DNA of 64,000 bases from Alphaproteobacteria bacterium (GCA_041917755.1 JAYRWY010000003.1:8563-72562), one strand, 5' to 3'. Counted from the first letter of the stretch, positions 1-10,541 are shown. A program made the numbers and translations. Notes: generated by a model not told the origin, from the sequence alone.

Positions 1-579
1 GAGGCAACGGTTCTGTGCTGCTTTAATCAAACCTATAAAATCACCCCAGCGGTGTTTGATGTGTGGATGCGGCTATTGCAAGACGATGCATCCTTGGTTC
101 TGTGGTTGTTTGCGCCGCATAAAGTGGTGCAGGACAATATACGTGGCGAAGCCCAAAAACGTGGTATTGACCCGGAGCGTATTATTTTTGCTGACCGCTT
201 GCCGCAAGCAGAACACATTGCGCGTTATCGTCATGCTGATGTGGTGCTTGATACAGCGCCATATGGCGGCCATACCACTACCAGTGATGCCTTATGGGTG
301 GGTGTGCCCGTCATAGGATTATCTGGCAAAAGCTTTGCCTCACGCGTATCAGCAAGCTTATTGAAAGCAGCAGGCTTACCTGAATTGGTAGCGCCATCAC
401 TTGATATTTATGAAACCAAAATCCGTGAGTTATTAAAGGATGAGGAACGTCGTTCTTCGATCCGGCAACACCTTCAACAAGGCCGCGAAAGCCTGCCATT
501 ATTTGACAGCAAGACGTTTGTTAAAAATCTTGAAGCAGCATATCAAACTGCATGGAATGAAAGTGGACAAAGCAAATGA
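1..579 (+). CDS. GT41 family glycosyltransferase (O-GlcNAc transferase-like), C-terminal part; 5' end lies outside the window
   Basis: The frame is open from base 1. The translation (NQTYKITPAVFDVWMRLL..., DTAPYGGHTTTSDALWVGVP, ASRVSASLL) aligns with the conserved catalytic C-terminus of OGT/SPINDLY enzymes. Confidence 0.75.
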   Translation, partial: EATVLCCFNQTYKITPAVFDVWMRLLQDDASLVLWLFAPHKVVQDNIRGEAQKRGIDPERIIFADRLPQAEHIARYRHADVVLDTAPYGGHTTTSDALWVGVPVIGLSGKSFASRVSASLLKAAGLPELVAPSLDIYETKIRELLKDEERRSSIRQHLQQGRESLPLFDSKTFVKNLEAAYQTAWNESGQSK

Positions 580-1778
580 ACTTACCCATTGAGCTGATTG
601 CATGTGGTCTAGGCGGTGTTGTTGTTGGATTTATTATTTCGCGAATTTTTGAAGGTTTAAATCGCAAACGATTGGCCGAGCAATTTAAGGCACTGTCCAA
701 TGAAGCCTTAACAGCCAACCTTGATGTACTTTTAAATCTTGCGAAGAATGAATTATCGCATGAGCGCGAAAATGCCCGTCATGATTGGGAAAAACGCACG
801 CATAATGTTGCTGAGATGTTAAAGCCATTGGAGCTGCGATTAACCCAATTGCAAACCCAAACTGGCGAAATGGAAAAAGCGCGTATTGGTGCCTATGAAG
901 GCCTTAAGCAGCATCTTGCTCAAATGGCTGAAACACAGACGCAACTACGCAGTGAAACTACCCAATTAAAGCAAGCATTGCGTAAACCGGAGGGGCGTGG
1001 CCGTTGGGGTGAAATGCAATTGAAGCGCGTGCTTGAAATGTCGGGCATGATTGCGCATTGTGATTTTACCGAACAAACCAATACCACCACGCAGGATAAT
1101 CAACGCCTTCGCCCAGATGTGATTGTGCATTTGCCCGGTGACCGTCAAATTGTGATCGATTGTAAAACGCCGCTAGATGCCTTGCTGGATATTACAAATG
1201 CAGAACCAGACCAAATCGCGCTCACCCATCAACGTCATGCACGGCATTTGCGTGAGCATGTAAAAAGCCTTAGCCAAAAAGCCTATTGGGATCAATTCAA
1301 GCAATCACCTGACTTTGTGGTGATGTTTGTTCCCGGCGAACATTTTTTATCAATTGCCTTACAAAACGATCCAGAATTATTCGATTTTGCATTTAAAAGC
1401 CGGGTAATTATGGCCACGCCAATCAATCTGATTGGTCTTTTAAAAACAGTTGCCCATGCATGGCGTCAAGAAAAATTGGCCGAACAAGCGCAGAAGATTG
1501 CAAGTTTAGGCAAAGATTTATACGAGGCTATGGCATCATTTGCAGGGCATTTTGAGAACATTGGCGATAGCCTTCGCAAAACGATTGATCATTATAATAA
1601 ATCTGTCGGATCGTTTGAGGGGCGCGTTCTATCCCGCGCGCGTCGCTTAGCTGACGAGTACAGCATTGAAAGTGATAAGAAAATTGCTGTGTTAGAGACC
1701 GTGGATGTTGCCCCGCGTCAGCTGGCTTCAGCTGCAGATGACGATAAAGTCATCGAAAAAAAGCAAGAAGTGGCTTGA
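576..1778 (+). CDS. rmuC: DNA recombination protein RmuC
   Basis: 400 aa with an N-terminal TM helix, a coiled coil and an RmuC-type C-terminal nuclease-like domain. It overlaps the upstream gene by 4 nt. Confidence 0.8.
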   Translation: MNLPIELIACGLGGVVVGFIISRIFEGLNRKRLAEQFKALSNEALTANLDVLLNLAKNELSHERENARHDWEKRTHNVAEMLKPLELRLTQLQTQTGEMEKARIGAYEGLKQHLAQMAETQTQLRSETTQLKQALRKPEGRGRWGEMQLKRVLEMSGMIAHCDFTEQTNTTTQDNQRLRPDVIVHLPGDRQIVIDCKTPLDALLDITNAEPDQIALTHQRHARHLREHVKSLSQKAYWDQFKQSPDFVVMFVPGEHFLSIALQNDPELFDFAFKSRVIMATPINLIGLLKTVAHAWRQEKLAEQAQKIASLGKDLYEAMASFAGHFENIGDSLRKTIDHYNKSVGSFEGRVLSRARRLADEYSIESDKKIAVLETVDVAPRQLASAADDDKVIEKKQEVA

Positions 1779-1833
1779 AATCAATAGGTTGAAGCACATA
1801 TATTTCTTTAAATCTTTTATGTGAAAATAGACC

Positions 1834-2376
1834 ATGGTTTTAAAACTAAGAATTGTACCAGACCCCGTATTACGCAAGATGGCCGATCCTGTAAAAACAG
1901 TCGATCGCGAAGTAAGCCGTTTTATGCATGAAATGCTTGAAACCATGTACAAAAGTGCAGGGGTGGGTCTGGCTGCACCACAGGTTGGTGAATTGAAACG
2001 AGTGATTGTGGTGGATGTTGCCGAAGAGCAAAACGCTGAGCATGCCTTCATGATGGCAGATCCTGAAATCACATGGCGTTCGGAGGAATTATTCACCTAC
2101 CGCGAAGGCTGCCTTTCCATACCCGGCCAATATGCCGAAGTAACCCGCCCAAAACGTATTCGCCTGAATTACACAGATGTTAACAATAAGCGGGTTGAGA
2201 TGGAGGCCGAAGATTTGCTTTCCACCTGTATCCAGCATGAAATTGACCATTTAAATGGCGTTTTATTCGTGGATTATGTTTCAAAGCTTAAGCGCGATAT
2301 GATGCTTAAGCGCGTTGAAAAAGCCCAACGTTTAGCCGCAGAAGATAGTGAAAAGCTGGGTGGTAAGTCCCTCTAG
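1834..2376 (+). CDS. def: peptide deformylase
   Basis: Carries the [18 protein letters not shown] and HEIDHLNG metal-binding motifs. Confidence 0.95.
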   Translation: MVLKLRIVPDPVLRKMADPVKTVDREVSRFMHEMLETMYKSAGVGLAAPQVGELKRVIVVDVAEEQNAEHAFMMADPEITWRSEELFTYREGCLSIPGQYAEVTRPKRIRLNYTDVNNKRVEMEAEDLLSTCIQHEIDHLNGVLFVDYVSKLKRDMMLKRVEKAQRLAAEDSEKLGGKSL

Positions 2377-2396
2377 TTTTGTCTATCTTGCTGGGC

Positions 2397-3332
2397 ATGA
2401 ATTCAACCTTAAAGCCATTACGTATCATTTTTATGGGCACGCCGGAATTTTCCGTTGCGGCGCTCAATGCCTTGCTTGATGCAGGGTATCAGGTGGTTTG
2501 TGTGTATAGTCAACCGCCGCGTCCAGCTGGCCGTGGCCATGCTATTCAAAAATCAGCCGTGCATCTTGCTGCTGAAGCGCGCGCAATTCCTGTGCGCACC
2601 CCAACCAGCCTTAAGCAGGTGGATGAACAGCAGGCTTTTGCCGACTTAAATGCGGATGTGGCCGTTGTGGTGGCCTATGGTCTATTGTTACCAAAGCCAA
2701 TTCTTGATGCGCCAAGATTGGGGTGTATCAATATTCATGCATCTTTGTTGCCGCGCTGGCGTGGGGCCGCGCCCATTCAGCGCGCAATCCTTGCCGGTGA
2801 TGCAGATAGCGGCGTCACGATTATGCAGATGGATGTGGGGCTTGATACCGGTGCGATGTGGCTCAAGCGTAGTGTTCCCATCACGACGCATACGACAGCG
2901 GGTTTATTGCACGATGAATTATCTAGGTTAGGCGCGCTAATGATTGTGGAGGCATTGCCACAAATCGATGCAGGAACACTGCAAGCAACTCAGCAGCCAG
3001 AGCAGGGCGTAACTTATGCTGCGAAGCTCACAAAAGATGAAGGTCGCATAAATTGGCAAGACAGTGCGGCGGAAATTGAACGCAAGCTGCGTGGTTTGTC
3101 GCCATGGCCGGGTGTATATTTTGAAAGCCGCGGTGAACGTATCAAAGTTATCGAAGCCAGTGTTGTGTTCGGTATGCATGGGCCAAGCGGCACTTTACTG
3201 AATGATGACTTTACAATTGCATGTGGTGAAGATGCGATTGCTTTAACAAAAGTGCAGCGCCAAGGACGCGCTATAACCGATGGTGCATCATTTCTTCGCG
3301 GTTTTTCAGTCAAGATTGGCGAGCAGTTATAA
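2397..3332 (+). CDS. fmt: methionyl-tRNA formyltransferase
   Basis: The [13 protein letters not shown]-terminus is conserved in Fmt. The gene lies directly downstream of def, as in the def-fmt operon. An alternative TTG start exists at 2379. Confidence 0.9.
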   Translation: MNSTLKPLRIIFMGTPEFSVAALNALLDAGYQVVCVYSQPPRPAGRGHAIQKSAVHLAAEARAIPVRTPTSLKQVDEQQAFADLNADVAVVVAYGLLLPKPILDAPRLGCINIHASLLPRWRGAAPIQRAILAGDADSGVTIMQMDVGLDTGAMWLKRSVPITTHTTAGLLHDELSRLGALMIVEALPQIDAGTLQATQQPEQGVTYAAKLTKDEGRINWQDSAAEIERKLRGLSPWPGVYFESRGERIKVIEASVVFGMHGPSGTLLNDDFTIACGEDAIALTKVQRQGRAITDGASFLRGFSVKIGEQL

Positions 3333-4072
3333 TGCAGCGCTGGAAGCTCACAGTTGAATATGATGGTGCAGGCTTTTCTGGCTGGCAAATGCAGAAAGAC
3401 GCGCGATCTGTTCAATCAACCATCGAAGAAGCTATCAAAAAATTTTGTAATGAAGATGTTCGCATCCACGTAGCAGGTCGCACCGATGCAGGTGTGCATG
3501 CATTGGCACAAGTGTGCCATGCAGATATTGAACGCGAAACCGACGCTGAAACCGTTCGTGATGCCATTAATTATTATATGCGTCATCACCCGGTGATTGT
3601 GCTGGATGTGGAGCCGGTAACAACTGATTTTCATGCGCGTTTTTCTGCGCTATCGCGTCATTACATGTACCGCGTGATTAACCGTCCGCGTCCATTGACG
3701 ATTGAACGTGGTTTTGCAACACATTTCTATAAGCCTTTATCATTGGAGCCAATGCAACATGCAGCGGCACTTCTGGTCGGCCATCATGACTTCTCATCCT
3801 TTCGCGCTATCAATTGCCAGTCGCCTTCACCTGTCAAAACGATGTTAGAAGCGCAGGTTGAACAGACCGGTAATGAATTCCATTTTAAATTTGGCGCCAA
3901 ATCATTCTTATACCATCAGGTGCGCAATATGGTGGGTAGCTTGTTCTTCGTAGGTACCGGCCAATGGAGTGTAGATGATTTTAAACAGGCTTTTGAGGCT
4001 AGAGACCGCACCAAGGCGGGGCCTACTGCACCGCCACAAGGCCTATATTTTACAGGCGTCCGCTACGAATAG
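3332..4072 (+). CDS. truA: tRNA pseudouridine(38-40) synthase TruA
   Basis: Contains the TruA motifs WKLTVEYDGAGFSGWQ and GRTDAGVHA. Its ATG overlaps the fmt stop by 1 nt. Confidence 0.9.
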   Translation: MQRWKLTVEYDGAGFSGWQMQKDARSVQSTIEEAIKKFCNEDVRIHVAGRTDAGVHALAQVCHADIERETDAETVRDAINYYMRHHPVIVLDVEPVTTDFHARFSALSRHYMYRVINRPRPLTIERGFATHFYKPLSLEPMQHAAALLVGHHDFSSFRAINCQSPSPVKTMLEAQVEQTGNEFHFKFGAKSFLYHQVRNMVGSLFFVGTGQWSVDDFKQAFEARDRTKAGPTAPPQGLYFTGVRYE

Positions 4073-4170
4073 GCCTATAACCTGCATATTCCTACTTTCA
4101 GTTATTGGCCTGCCGCGCTAAAACAGATCCCATAAAAATAAAGAAAAACGATAATATAAAAGGGATAGTT

Positions 4171-6108
4171 ATGCGCTTTTGGGTCCTCCTTATATTGCTC
4201 TTATTGCCCGTATCAGCTTGTCAGGATGTACAGCTGGATAAAATTGATCCTGTGATGGATTTAAATCGTGATGATTACCGCGATTTACGCAAAGAACGTG
4301 ACAGCAATGAAGGCCCACCCATTCCGCGTGTACCATTCAAGGCAAGTGCGAATTCAAAAAACAAAATTGCCAACGATAAAATTATTTCAATTTCTATAAC
4401 CGAAAAAGTTCCGGTTAAAGATGTCTTGCAGGAATTAGCCAGCAAGGCAGAAGTCAATCTTGAACTTGATCCGCGGATTTCAGGCGGCGTGATTTTTACT
4501 GCCATTCGTCAGCCATTTTCCAAGGTACTTGATCGCTTGTGCAATATGGCTGGTTTGCGGTATAAGGTTGAAGATAATTTTTTGCGAATTGAATTGGATG
4601 AGCCGTTTATCAAAAGCTACCCGATTGATTACCTGACATTGATACGTAAATCACAAAGTGAAATCGGGATTGCCACCAATGTATTCTCCAGCATTCAGGG
4701 TAATGGCCGCAGCAATAACTCCAATAATGGCAGCGATGTAGCCAGTGGTAATAACTCAACCACCAAGGTCGAAACGCAAGCTATTGCCGATTTTTGGGGA
4801 GAAATTGAAGCCAATGTGGAATCCATCCTCACTAATACAAAAAGCAGCCGCAACATGCGGGTAGATGGTGAAACGCTTAAAGAGCTTAAACAGGAAGGGA
4901 TTTCACCTACCAAAGCTTTCTCAATCAATAAGCAAGCCGGGCTCGTCAGCGTATTTGGCACAGACCGCCAACAGCAAGCTATAGAAGCATATCTCGTAAA
5001 AATCAGACGCAACGTCAGTTCCCAAGTTTTGATTGAAGCGCGTATCATCGAAGTAGAGTTAGATGAAAATTATAAGAGCGGCATCAATTGGCGTTCACTT
5101 TTCAATAGTGGCGTCAACGCTGCGGCACGCTTTGGTACGGCAGCGGCGGGCGCACCATTCGCGTCTGCGGCTACAGCAACAGATGGCGTAGTTACGCTAT
5201 CCCTTAAAGATAACGATTTCGCAGGAGTGCTAAATTTTGTTCGCAGCTTTGGTACGTCGCGCACCCTATCTAGCCCCCGCTTAACAGTGCTTAATAACCA
5301 ACCTGCAGTGCTTAAAGTCGCACGAAACGAGGTTTATTTTACCTCCACCATTGAAACCACACCAATTATTGGAACCAACGGAGGTAGTCCGGTGGGTGTG
5401 CAACGCACGGTCAACAGCACCCCAAATACAGTGCCAGTTGGCTTTTTAATGACAGTCCAGCCATCTATTAATCAAGAGCGTGATGAAGTGACGCTTAATC
5501 TGCGTCCGACTGTATCTTTTATTGTCGACCGTGTGGAAGACCCTGGTGTGAAGATTGCCGCTGCTGACGCTAACGTACCGGAGGTGTCGTCCTCCATACC
5601 CGTGGTGGCCGTGCGTGAAATGGATAGCGTCCTTACGCTAAAATCAGGTGCCGTCGCAGTGATGGGTGGTTTGATGCAAGATGCATCAGGTAACCTTGAG
5701 AAAGGTGTGCCATTTGCAGACGAAGTCCCTGTATTCGGTAACCTTGCGAAATCACGCAGTAACGATTCCAAGCTAACTGAACTTGTTATCCTGCTGCGTG
5801 CAACCGTCATGAATAACGATGCACCAAAGCCAGATGATGCAGATATAGAGCTATATAAGAAATTTAATCGCGATCGCAGACCATTACCTGTTTCATCCAA
5901 ATCAAATGACATTCAAGCATCAGATGAAGAACTGGATGGTGAATATGTAGATGATGGTCAGATATTGCCTGCGGTTTCTTCAGCCAAGGCAGCAAGCCGA
6001 GTGAACGATACCAGAACATCTGTGAATAACGGGGATAAGTCGCATAAGAAAAAAGCGACCAAGCATAAAAAGCATAAATCCAAAAAGAAAAAACACCACA
6101 GGCATTAA
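4171..6108 (+). CDS. secretin (GspD/PilQ family) of a type IV pilus / T2SS-like system; predicted lipoprotein with a polybasic C-terminal tail
   Basis: Signal peptide with lipobox LPVSAC. An N0/N1-like domain is followed by the conserved secretin C-domain (LSSPRLTVLNNQPAVLKV, VPFADEVPVFGNL, ELVILLRATV). The C-terminus is KSHKKKATKHKKHKSKKKKHHRH. Start chosen at the ATG with a GGGA RBS (ORF track begins at 4105). Confidence 0.85.
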   Translation: MRFWVLLILLLLPVSACQDVQLDKIDPVMDLNRDDYRDLRKERDSNEGPPIPRVPFKASANSKNKIANDKIISISITEKVPVKDVLQELASKAEVNLELDPRISGGVIFTAIRQPFSKVLDRLCNMAGLRYKVEDNFLRIELDEPFIKSYPIDYLTLIRKSQSEIGIATNVFSSIQGNGRSNNSNNGSDVASGNNSTTKVETQAIADFWGEIEANVESILTNTKSSRNMRVDGETLKELKQEGISPTKAFSINKQAGLVSVFGTDRQQQAIEAYLVKIRRNVSSQVLIEARIIEVELDENYKSGINWRSLFNSGVNAAARFGTAAAGAPFASAATATDGVVTLSLKDNDFAGVLNFVRSFGTSRTLSSPRLTVLNNQPAVLKVARNEVYFTSTIETTPIIGTNGGSPVGVQRTVNSTPNTVPVGFLMTVQPSINQERDEVTLNLRPTVSFIVDRVEDPGVKIAAADANVPEVSSSIPVVAVREMDSVLTLKSGAVAVMGGLMQDASGNLEKGVPFADEVPVFGNLAKSRSNDSKLTELVILLRATVMNNDAPKPDDADIELYKKFNRDRRPLPVSSKSNDIQASDEELDGEYVDDGQILPAVSSAKAASRVNDTRTSVNNGDKSHKKKATKHKKHKSKKKKHHRH

Positions 6109-6173
6109 AAGCAGTTTCAACCACTAGTTGTATGGTTTAAAAATGCATACACGGCTATTCATTACATAATTCT

Positions 6174-6842
6174 ATGGGGTCACGAATGCGCGCGCGTCAC
6201 AATACTCACCACCATGCTGGTTTTACCCTTGTTGAAGTATCGATTGTGCTGGTTGTTATTGGCTTGTTGATTGGCAGTATTCTGGTAGCGGTAAACATTC
6301 TACAGAACGCTCGTATCACCGGCACGATAAGTACGTTGCAAAGCATCCAATCCGCTATCTCTACCTATAATCAAAATTATGGTGCTGTACCAGGTGATGA
6401 TGCACAAGCAACCTCGCGTTTTAGCATTGTCACAAACAGTGGTGGTGGCGACGGTATCGTTGGTACCAGCACAAGCTATAATTCCACCGCGGCGCTTGCA
6501 AATGGGAATGGTGCACCTGAAAGCCGTATGATCTGGGCAGATCTTCGCGCCGCTGGCCTCATTAAAGGGCAGGGTAGTGATGCCACGCAGCCCGGCAATT
6601 CATTTGGAGGCATATTCGGGGTTCAAAATGGTGCTTTTACCACCAATGGTTTTGCCGACAAGACGAATGTGTTGTGTCTAGACAAGGTTCCTGGCTCTGC
6701 AGCAACAATTATTGATCAACGTCAGGATGACGGTAACCCGCAAACAGGAAATATCCGTGCAGGTGTTGCAATTGATGGTGCAGCAGCTACCAATCCATAT
6801 GTAGAAACAAGCGTCTACATACTATGCACCCGCGCACTGTAA
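6174..6842 (+). CDS. type IV prepilin / pseudopilin (class III signal peptide)
   Basis: Leader MRARHNTHHHAG followed by FTLVEVSIVLVVIGLLIGSIL (G-1, F+1, E+5, hydrophobic helix). Start could be 6174 or 6186. Confidence 0.8.
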   Translation: MGSRMRARHNTHHHAGFTLVEVSIVLVVIGLLIGSILVAVNILQNARITGTISTLQSIQSAISTYNQNYGAVPGDDAQATSRFSIVTNSGGGDGIVGTSTSYNSTAALANGNGAPESRMIWADLRAAGLIKGQGSDATQPGNSFGGIFGVQNGAFTTNGFADKTNVLCLDKVPGSAATIIDQRQDDGNPQTGNIRAGVAIDGAAATNPYVETSVYILCTRAL

Positions 6843-7624
6843 TCTTGAATTCTGAACAAGGTTTTACATTGGCTGAAACCGCAATGGTATTGGCAATATT
6901 GGCGGTTGTGATTGGCACGCTGGTGCCTAGCTTTCTATCCATCCGCGTATCAGAGCAAGCCAGAACAACTTCTCAAAATTTGCAGACTGTTATGCGCTCC
7001 ATCGCGGCATTTGTTCAGTCATCAGGCTGCCTGCCTTGTCCCACGCCGGCCAGCGCCGCTTTCAGTAATGGCCATGGCTATGTGGCGGGCGGGAATGGCA
7101 CCGCCTGTGGTACGTGTTCTAACCCAACTGGGTTGCTGCCTTTCCGTTCGCTTGGTTTACAGGAGGCTTTGGCCAAGGATGCCTATGGCCATTGGCTTAC
7201 CTATGCCGTTGATACACGGCTAGCCAGTTATGTGGCCAGCGCACCAAATACCCAATTGCCAGTATCGGGCACTAATGGTTTGTGCAGTGTGACCATGGCT
7301 ACCGCTGCTCCGCTGGATATCCAGCTTAGTAACGGGGCACATCAATCGAATATAGCTGCAATGGTATTAAGCCATGGTGCAAATGGCTATGGCGCGTACA
7401 GGAATAATCCAAATGACGGCCGTCTGGCGTTTCCAAATGCCACTCCGGCATGTTCAGGCACAACAGGGGCTGAGCGATGCAATGCACGGGATAATAATCG
7501 GAACTTTATAACGCCCATCGCAGCTGCAGGTAATGATCCATTCGATGATAACTATCTGTATCTGGATCGCAATTCATTGGTGAGTTATCTGGGCAATCCT
7601 GCTTGTACAACAGGGTGGCCATAA
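6824..7624 (+). CDS. type IV prepilin-like protein (minor pilin or pseudopilin), Cys-rich
   Basis: Leader MHPRTVILNSEQG followed by FTLAETAMVLAILAVVIG. The mature part contains 8 Cys. It overlaps the previous pilin gene. Confidence 0.75.
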   Translation: MHPRTVILNSEQGFTLAETAMVLAILAVVIGTLVPSFLSIRVSEQARTTSQNLQTVMRSIAAFVQSSGCLPCPTPASAAFSNGHGYVAGGNGTACGTCSNPTGLLPFRSLGLQEALAKDAYGHWLTYAVDTRLASYVASAPNTQLPVSGTNGLCSVTMATAAPLDIQLSNGAHQSNIAAMVLSHGANGYGAYRNNPNDGRLAFPNATPACSGTTGAERCNARDNNRNFITPIAAAGNDPFDDNYLYLDRNSLVSYLGNPACTTGWP

Positions 7625-9336
7625 TGAAAAACGTTCTGAGCTTTCCAGAAATAAACCCAAAACGTCAAATGATCGGGGAATGGTTGTGTGCTCAAGGTAT
7701 CTTGAATGACGACCAGCTTCGTCTTGCCTTGCATGAACAAAAACAGCATCCGGATTTATTGGGACGGATACTTGTAAAGCTGCGCTTTATACAAGAAGAA
7801 CATGTCATTGAGGCGATTAGTGCGCAAACAGGTTTTTTAACTGTAAACCTTGCACATACCTCAATTGATGAAGATGCGGGGCGTTTTTGGGATAAAGACA
7901 TAGCCCAGCGTTATAAAGCCGTGGGCATTATGCTCGAAGACAATACTTTGTCTGTTGCGATGGCCGACCCATTGGATATCCGTGCCACCGATGCTATCAA
8001 GCGACAAATTCCTATGGATTTTGGATTGCGCTTTTTCATCGCAACCGAACAAGACATTCAGCAGTATATTGCCCGTGCCTATGGCCGTGCCGAGAATTTC
8101 AAATACCACTTAAGTGAAATGGAGCAGGGGCTGATCTCCCCAGTGCTCGATACAGTTGAAAATCACCCTGTCATTGCCACTGTCGAAGCTTTGCTGGCTG
8201 AAAGTGTAGCCAGTGGCGCCTCCGATATTCACTTGGAGCCGGAAGAAAAAACGGTGCGCATTCGTTTACGTATCGATGGCCAACTTAAAACTATCAGCCT
8301 GCTGCATCGTGCCTCTTGGCCGCGCTTGGCACAGCGTATCAAGGTTTTGGCAGGCATGGATATTGTTGACAGTCGTAACATTCAAGATGGCCGATTTCAT
8401 TTACAAATAGCCGGTAAGAATGTGGATTTTCGCGTATCTATTTTGCCCACCCAGCACGGCGAGAATATTGTCATTCGTATCCTTGATCAGGCGAGGGCCT
8501 TGTTACCCTTAGAACAGCTAGGCTTTAGCCAGCAGCAGGAATATTTATTACGTCGCTTGTGTTTGCGCCCAAACGGCATGGTTGTGCTCACGGGCCCAGT
8601 GGGTTCGGGTAAAACCACTACGCTTTACGCACTTCTGCAATTATTAGACAAGGATACGCGTAGTATTCGTACGCTTGAAGACCCGATTGAGTATCAATTA
8701 GAAGGTATTCGCCAAACACAAATCCGTGAAGGCTTCGGTCTCAGTTTTGCGGAAGGTGTACGTGCGGTTCTTCGCCAAGACCCCAACGTGCTCCTTATTG
8801 GTGAAATCCGTGATGCAGATACAGCACAAATGGCGTTGCGTGCTGCCATGACGGGCAGCCAAATTTTCACAACACTGCATACACAGGATAGTTTCGGGGT
8901 GTTCCCGCGTCTGCGTGAATTTGGTTTATCTCCGGGGTTAATGTCCGGGAATATTACCGCTACAGTAGCCCAGCGCCTGGTACGACTATTGTGTCAGGAT
9001 TGTAAGACAATGCGTGCGCCCGATGCCCATCTCAAATCGTTATTGTCCAGCAGCATCGAATTGCCACATAAGGTAGGACACCCTGTGGGCTGCCCGGCAT
9101 GTGATGATACAGGATATAAGGGACGTATCGTTATTTCAGAAGTATTACCCATCGATGCTGAATTGGACGAATTGATTGTCAGCAGTGCATCGCGCGCGCA
9201 ATTACTGCATGCCGCCAAGTCCAAAGGTTTTATCAGCATGGCCCAAGATGGCCTGAGTAAACTTGCCGAAGGCTTGATTAGTTTAGAAAGCCTCATGGCT
9301 GAGGTGGATCTCATCCATGCATCTGGCGGGAGCTAG
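7624..9336 (+). CDS. type II/IV secretion assembly ATPase (GspE/PilB family)
   Basis: GspE-type N-terminal domain, Walker A GPVGSGKTT, and the tetracysteine motif CQDC...CPAC that is typical of extension ATPases. Its ATG overlaps the pilin stop by 1 nt. Confidence 0.9.
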   Translation: MKNVLSFPEINPKRQMIGEWLCAQGILNDDQLRLALHEQKQHPDLLGRILVKLRFIQEEHVIEAISAQTGFLTVNLAHTSIDEDAGRFWDKDIAQRYKAVGIMLEDNTLSVAMADPLDIRATDAIKRQIPMDFGLRFFIATEQDIQQYIARAYGRAENFKYHLSEMEQGLISPVLDTVENHPVIATVEALLAESVASGASDIHLEPEEKTVRIRLRIDGQLKTISLLHRASWPRLAQRIKVLAGMDIVDSRNIQDGRFHLQIAGKNVDFRVSILPTQHGENIVIRILDQARALLPLEQLGFSQQQEYLLRRLCLRPNGMVVLTGPVGSGKTTTLYALLQLLDKDTRSIRTLEDPIEYQLEGIRQTQIREGFGLSFAEGVRAVLRQDPNVLLIGEIRDADTAQMALRAAMTGSQIFTTLHTQDSFGVFPRLREFGLSPGLMSGNITATVAQRLVRLLCQDCKTMRAPDAHLKSLLSSSIELPHKVGHPVGCPACDDTGYKGRIVISEVLPIDAELDELIVSSASRAQLLHAAKSKGFISMAQDGLSKLAEGLISLESLMAEVDLIHASGGS

Positions 9337-9338
9337 CC

Positions 9339-10541
9339 ATGCCTCATTACGCGTATCGTGCGGTAAATGAACAAGGCATGGTCAATAAAGGCGAGGCCCT
9401 TGCTGCCAACGAGAACGAGCTGTATGCCAAACTTCAGCAGCAGGGTTTAAATCTGATTGATTGCCACGATCGGCATGATGGTCAAAAATTATTTCAAAAA
9501 AAAATGAAACTAGCAGAACAGGTACTGCTATGTCGCCATCTAGTCATGCTCACCAAGGCAGGGGTTCCCGTCCATACAGCACTTGAAGATGTCTTACCAG
9601 CTCTGCCTGGCAATATCCGGCATAATGTCAGTTTAATTCTAGGCAATATAACAAGTGGTCAAAGCTTATCGTCATGCTTTGCTGAATCCAGTATGAAATT
9701 TGATCCGTTATTTTCCTTATTGCTAAGCGCCGGTGAAAAAACAGGAAAAATTACACAGGCACTGGAATATCTCTACGAAACTTTGAATTGGAAGCAGGAT
9801 TTTACCCAAAAATTGCAGCGCGCCTTATCATATCCATTATTACAAACAGCCATTGCCGGTACCGCAGTGGTTGTGCTGATGACAATCGCGGTTCCGCAAA
9901 TCATCCAGTTACTTGAAGTGATCGGCGAGCACTTACCCATTGCATCGGTTGCATTATTGTGGGGTATGAAACTTTTGGGTGCGGCAATTATTGTATTGGC
10001 CGTTTGCTCACTTGCAGCGGTAGTGTTTTTGCCATTTATCAAAAAAATGCATAATGACATCGCTGAATATATCGACCGTCTATGTCTTTCATTGCCTGTC
10101 ATTGGGCCCTTATTTAAAAAGGTTGAATTGGCACAAATAACCCATGTGTTCTCTGCAATGCTTGGTAGCGGGGTTCAGATGATGGAGGCATTGCAGTTGC
10201 TTCCCACTTTGACAAATAATACCGCCATGGCCGCATCATTGCGCCAAGCAGCTGAGCAGGTAAGAGGCGGGCAGGGCTTAAGTGCCGTATTAACCAAACA
10301 ATTGCTGATTCCCCCTTATGTCATTCGCATCCTAAAAATAGGCGAAGACAGCGGCAAAATGAGCGAAAGCCTTCGCCATATTTCACATGTTTATCAGGAA
10401 GAAAGCCGACAGGCCCTCGATCAGCTACTTAAAATTAGTAGTCTGTTCATCACTGTTGCGGTAGGCTTAATCCTTATATTGATGGTTAGCGGTGTCATGG
10501 TGCCGCTGTACCGTGGCATTAGTCATATGGTGGCTACATGA
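9339..10541 (+). CDS. inner-membrane platform protein (GspF/PilC family)
   Basis: 400 aa with two repeats of the GspF domain and TM helices. Starts 2 nt after the ATPase gene stop. Confidence 0.9.
   Translation: MPHYAYRAVNEQGMVNKGEALAANENELYAKLQQQGLNLIDCHDRHDGQKLFQKKMKLAEQVLLCRHLVMLTKAGVPVHTALEDVLPALPGNIRHNVSLILGNITSGQSLSSCFAESSMKFDPLFSLLLSAGEKTGKITQALEYLYETLNWKQDFTQKLQRALSYPLLQTAIAGTAVVVLMTIAVPQIIQLLEVIGEHLPIASVALLWGMKLLGAAIIVLAVCSLAAVVFLPFIKKMHNDIAEYIDRLCLSLPVIGPLFKKVELAQITHVFSAMLGSGVQMMEALQLLPTLTNNTAMAASLRQAAEQVRGGQGLSAVLTKQLLIPPYVIRILKIGEDSGKMSESLRHISHVYQEESRQALDQLLKISSLFITVAVGLILILMVSGVMVPLYRGISHMVAT

Noticed and set aside
4275-5912. Antisense ORFs inside the secretin gene (4275-4505, 4695-5048, 5070-5264, 5472-5912 on minus)
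   Set aside because: They lie entirely within a strongly supported secretin CDS on the opposite strand. Their translations are low-complexity with no motifs.
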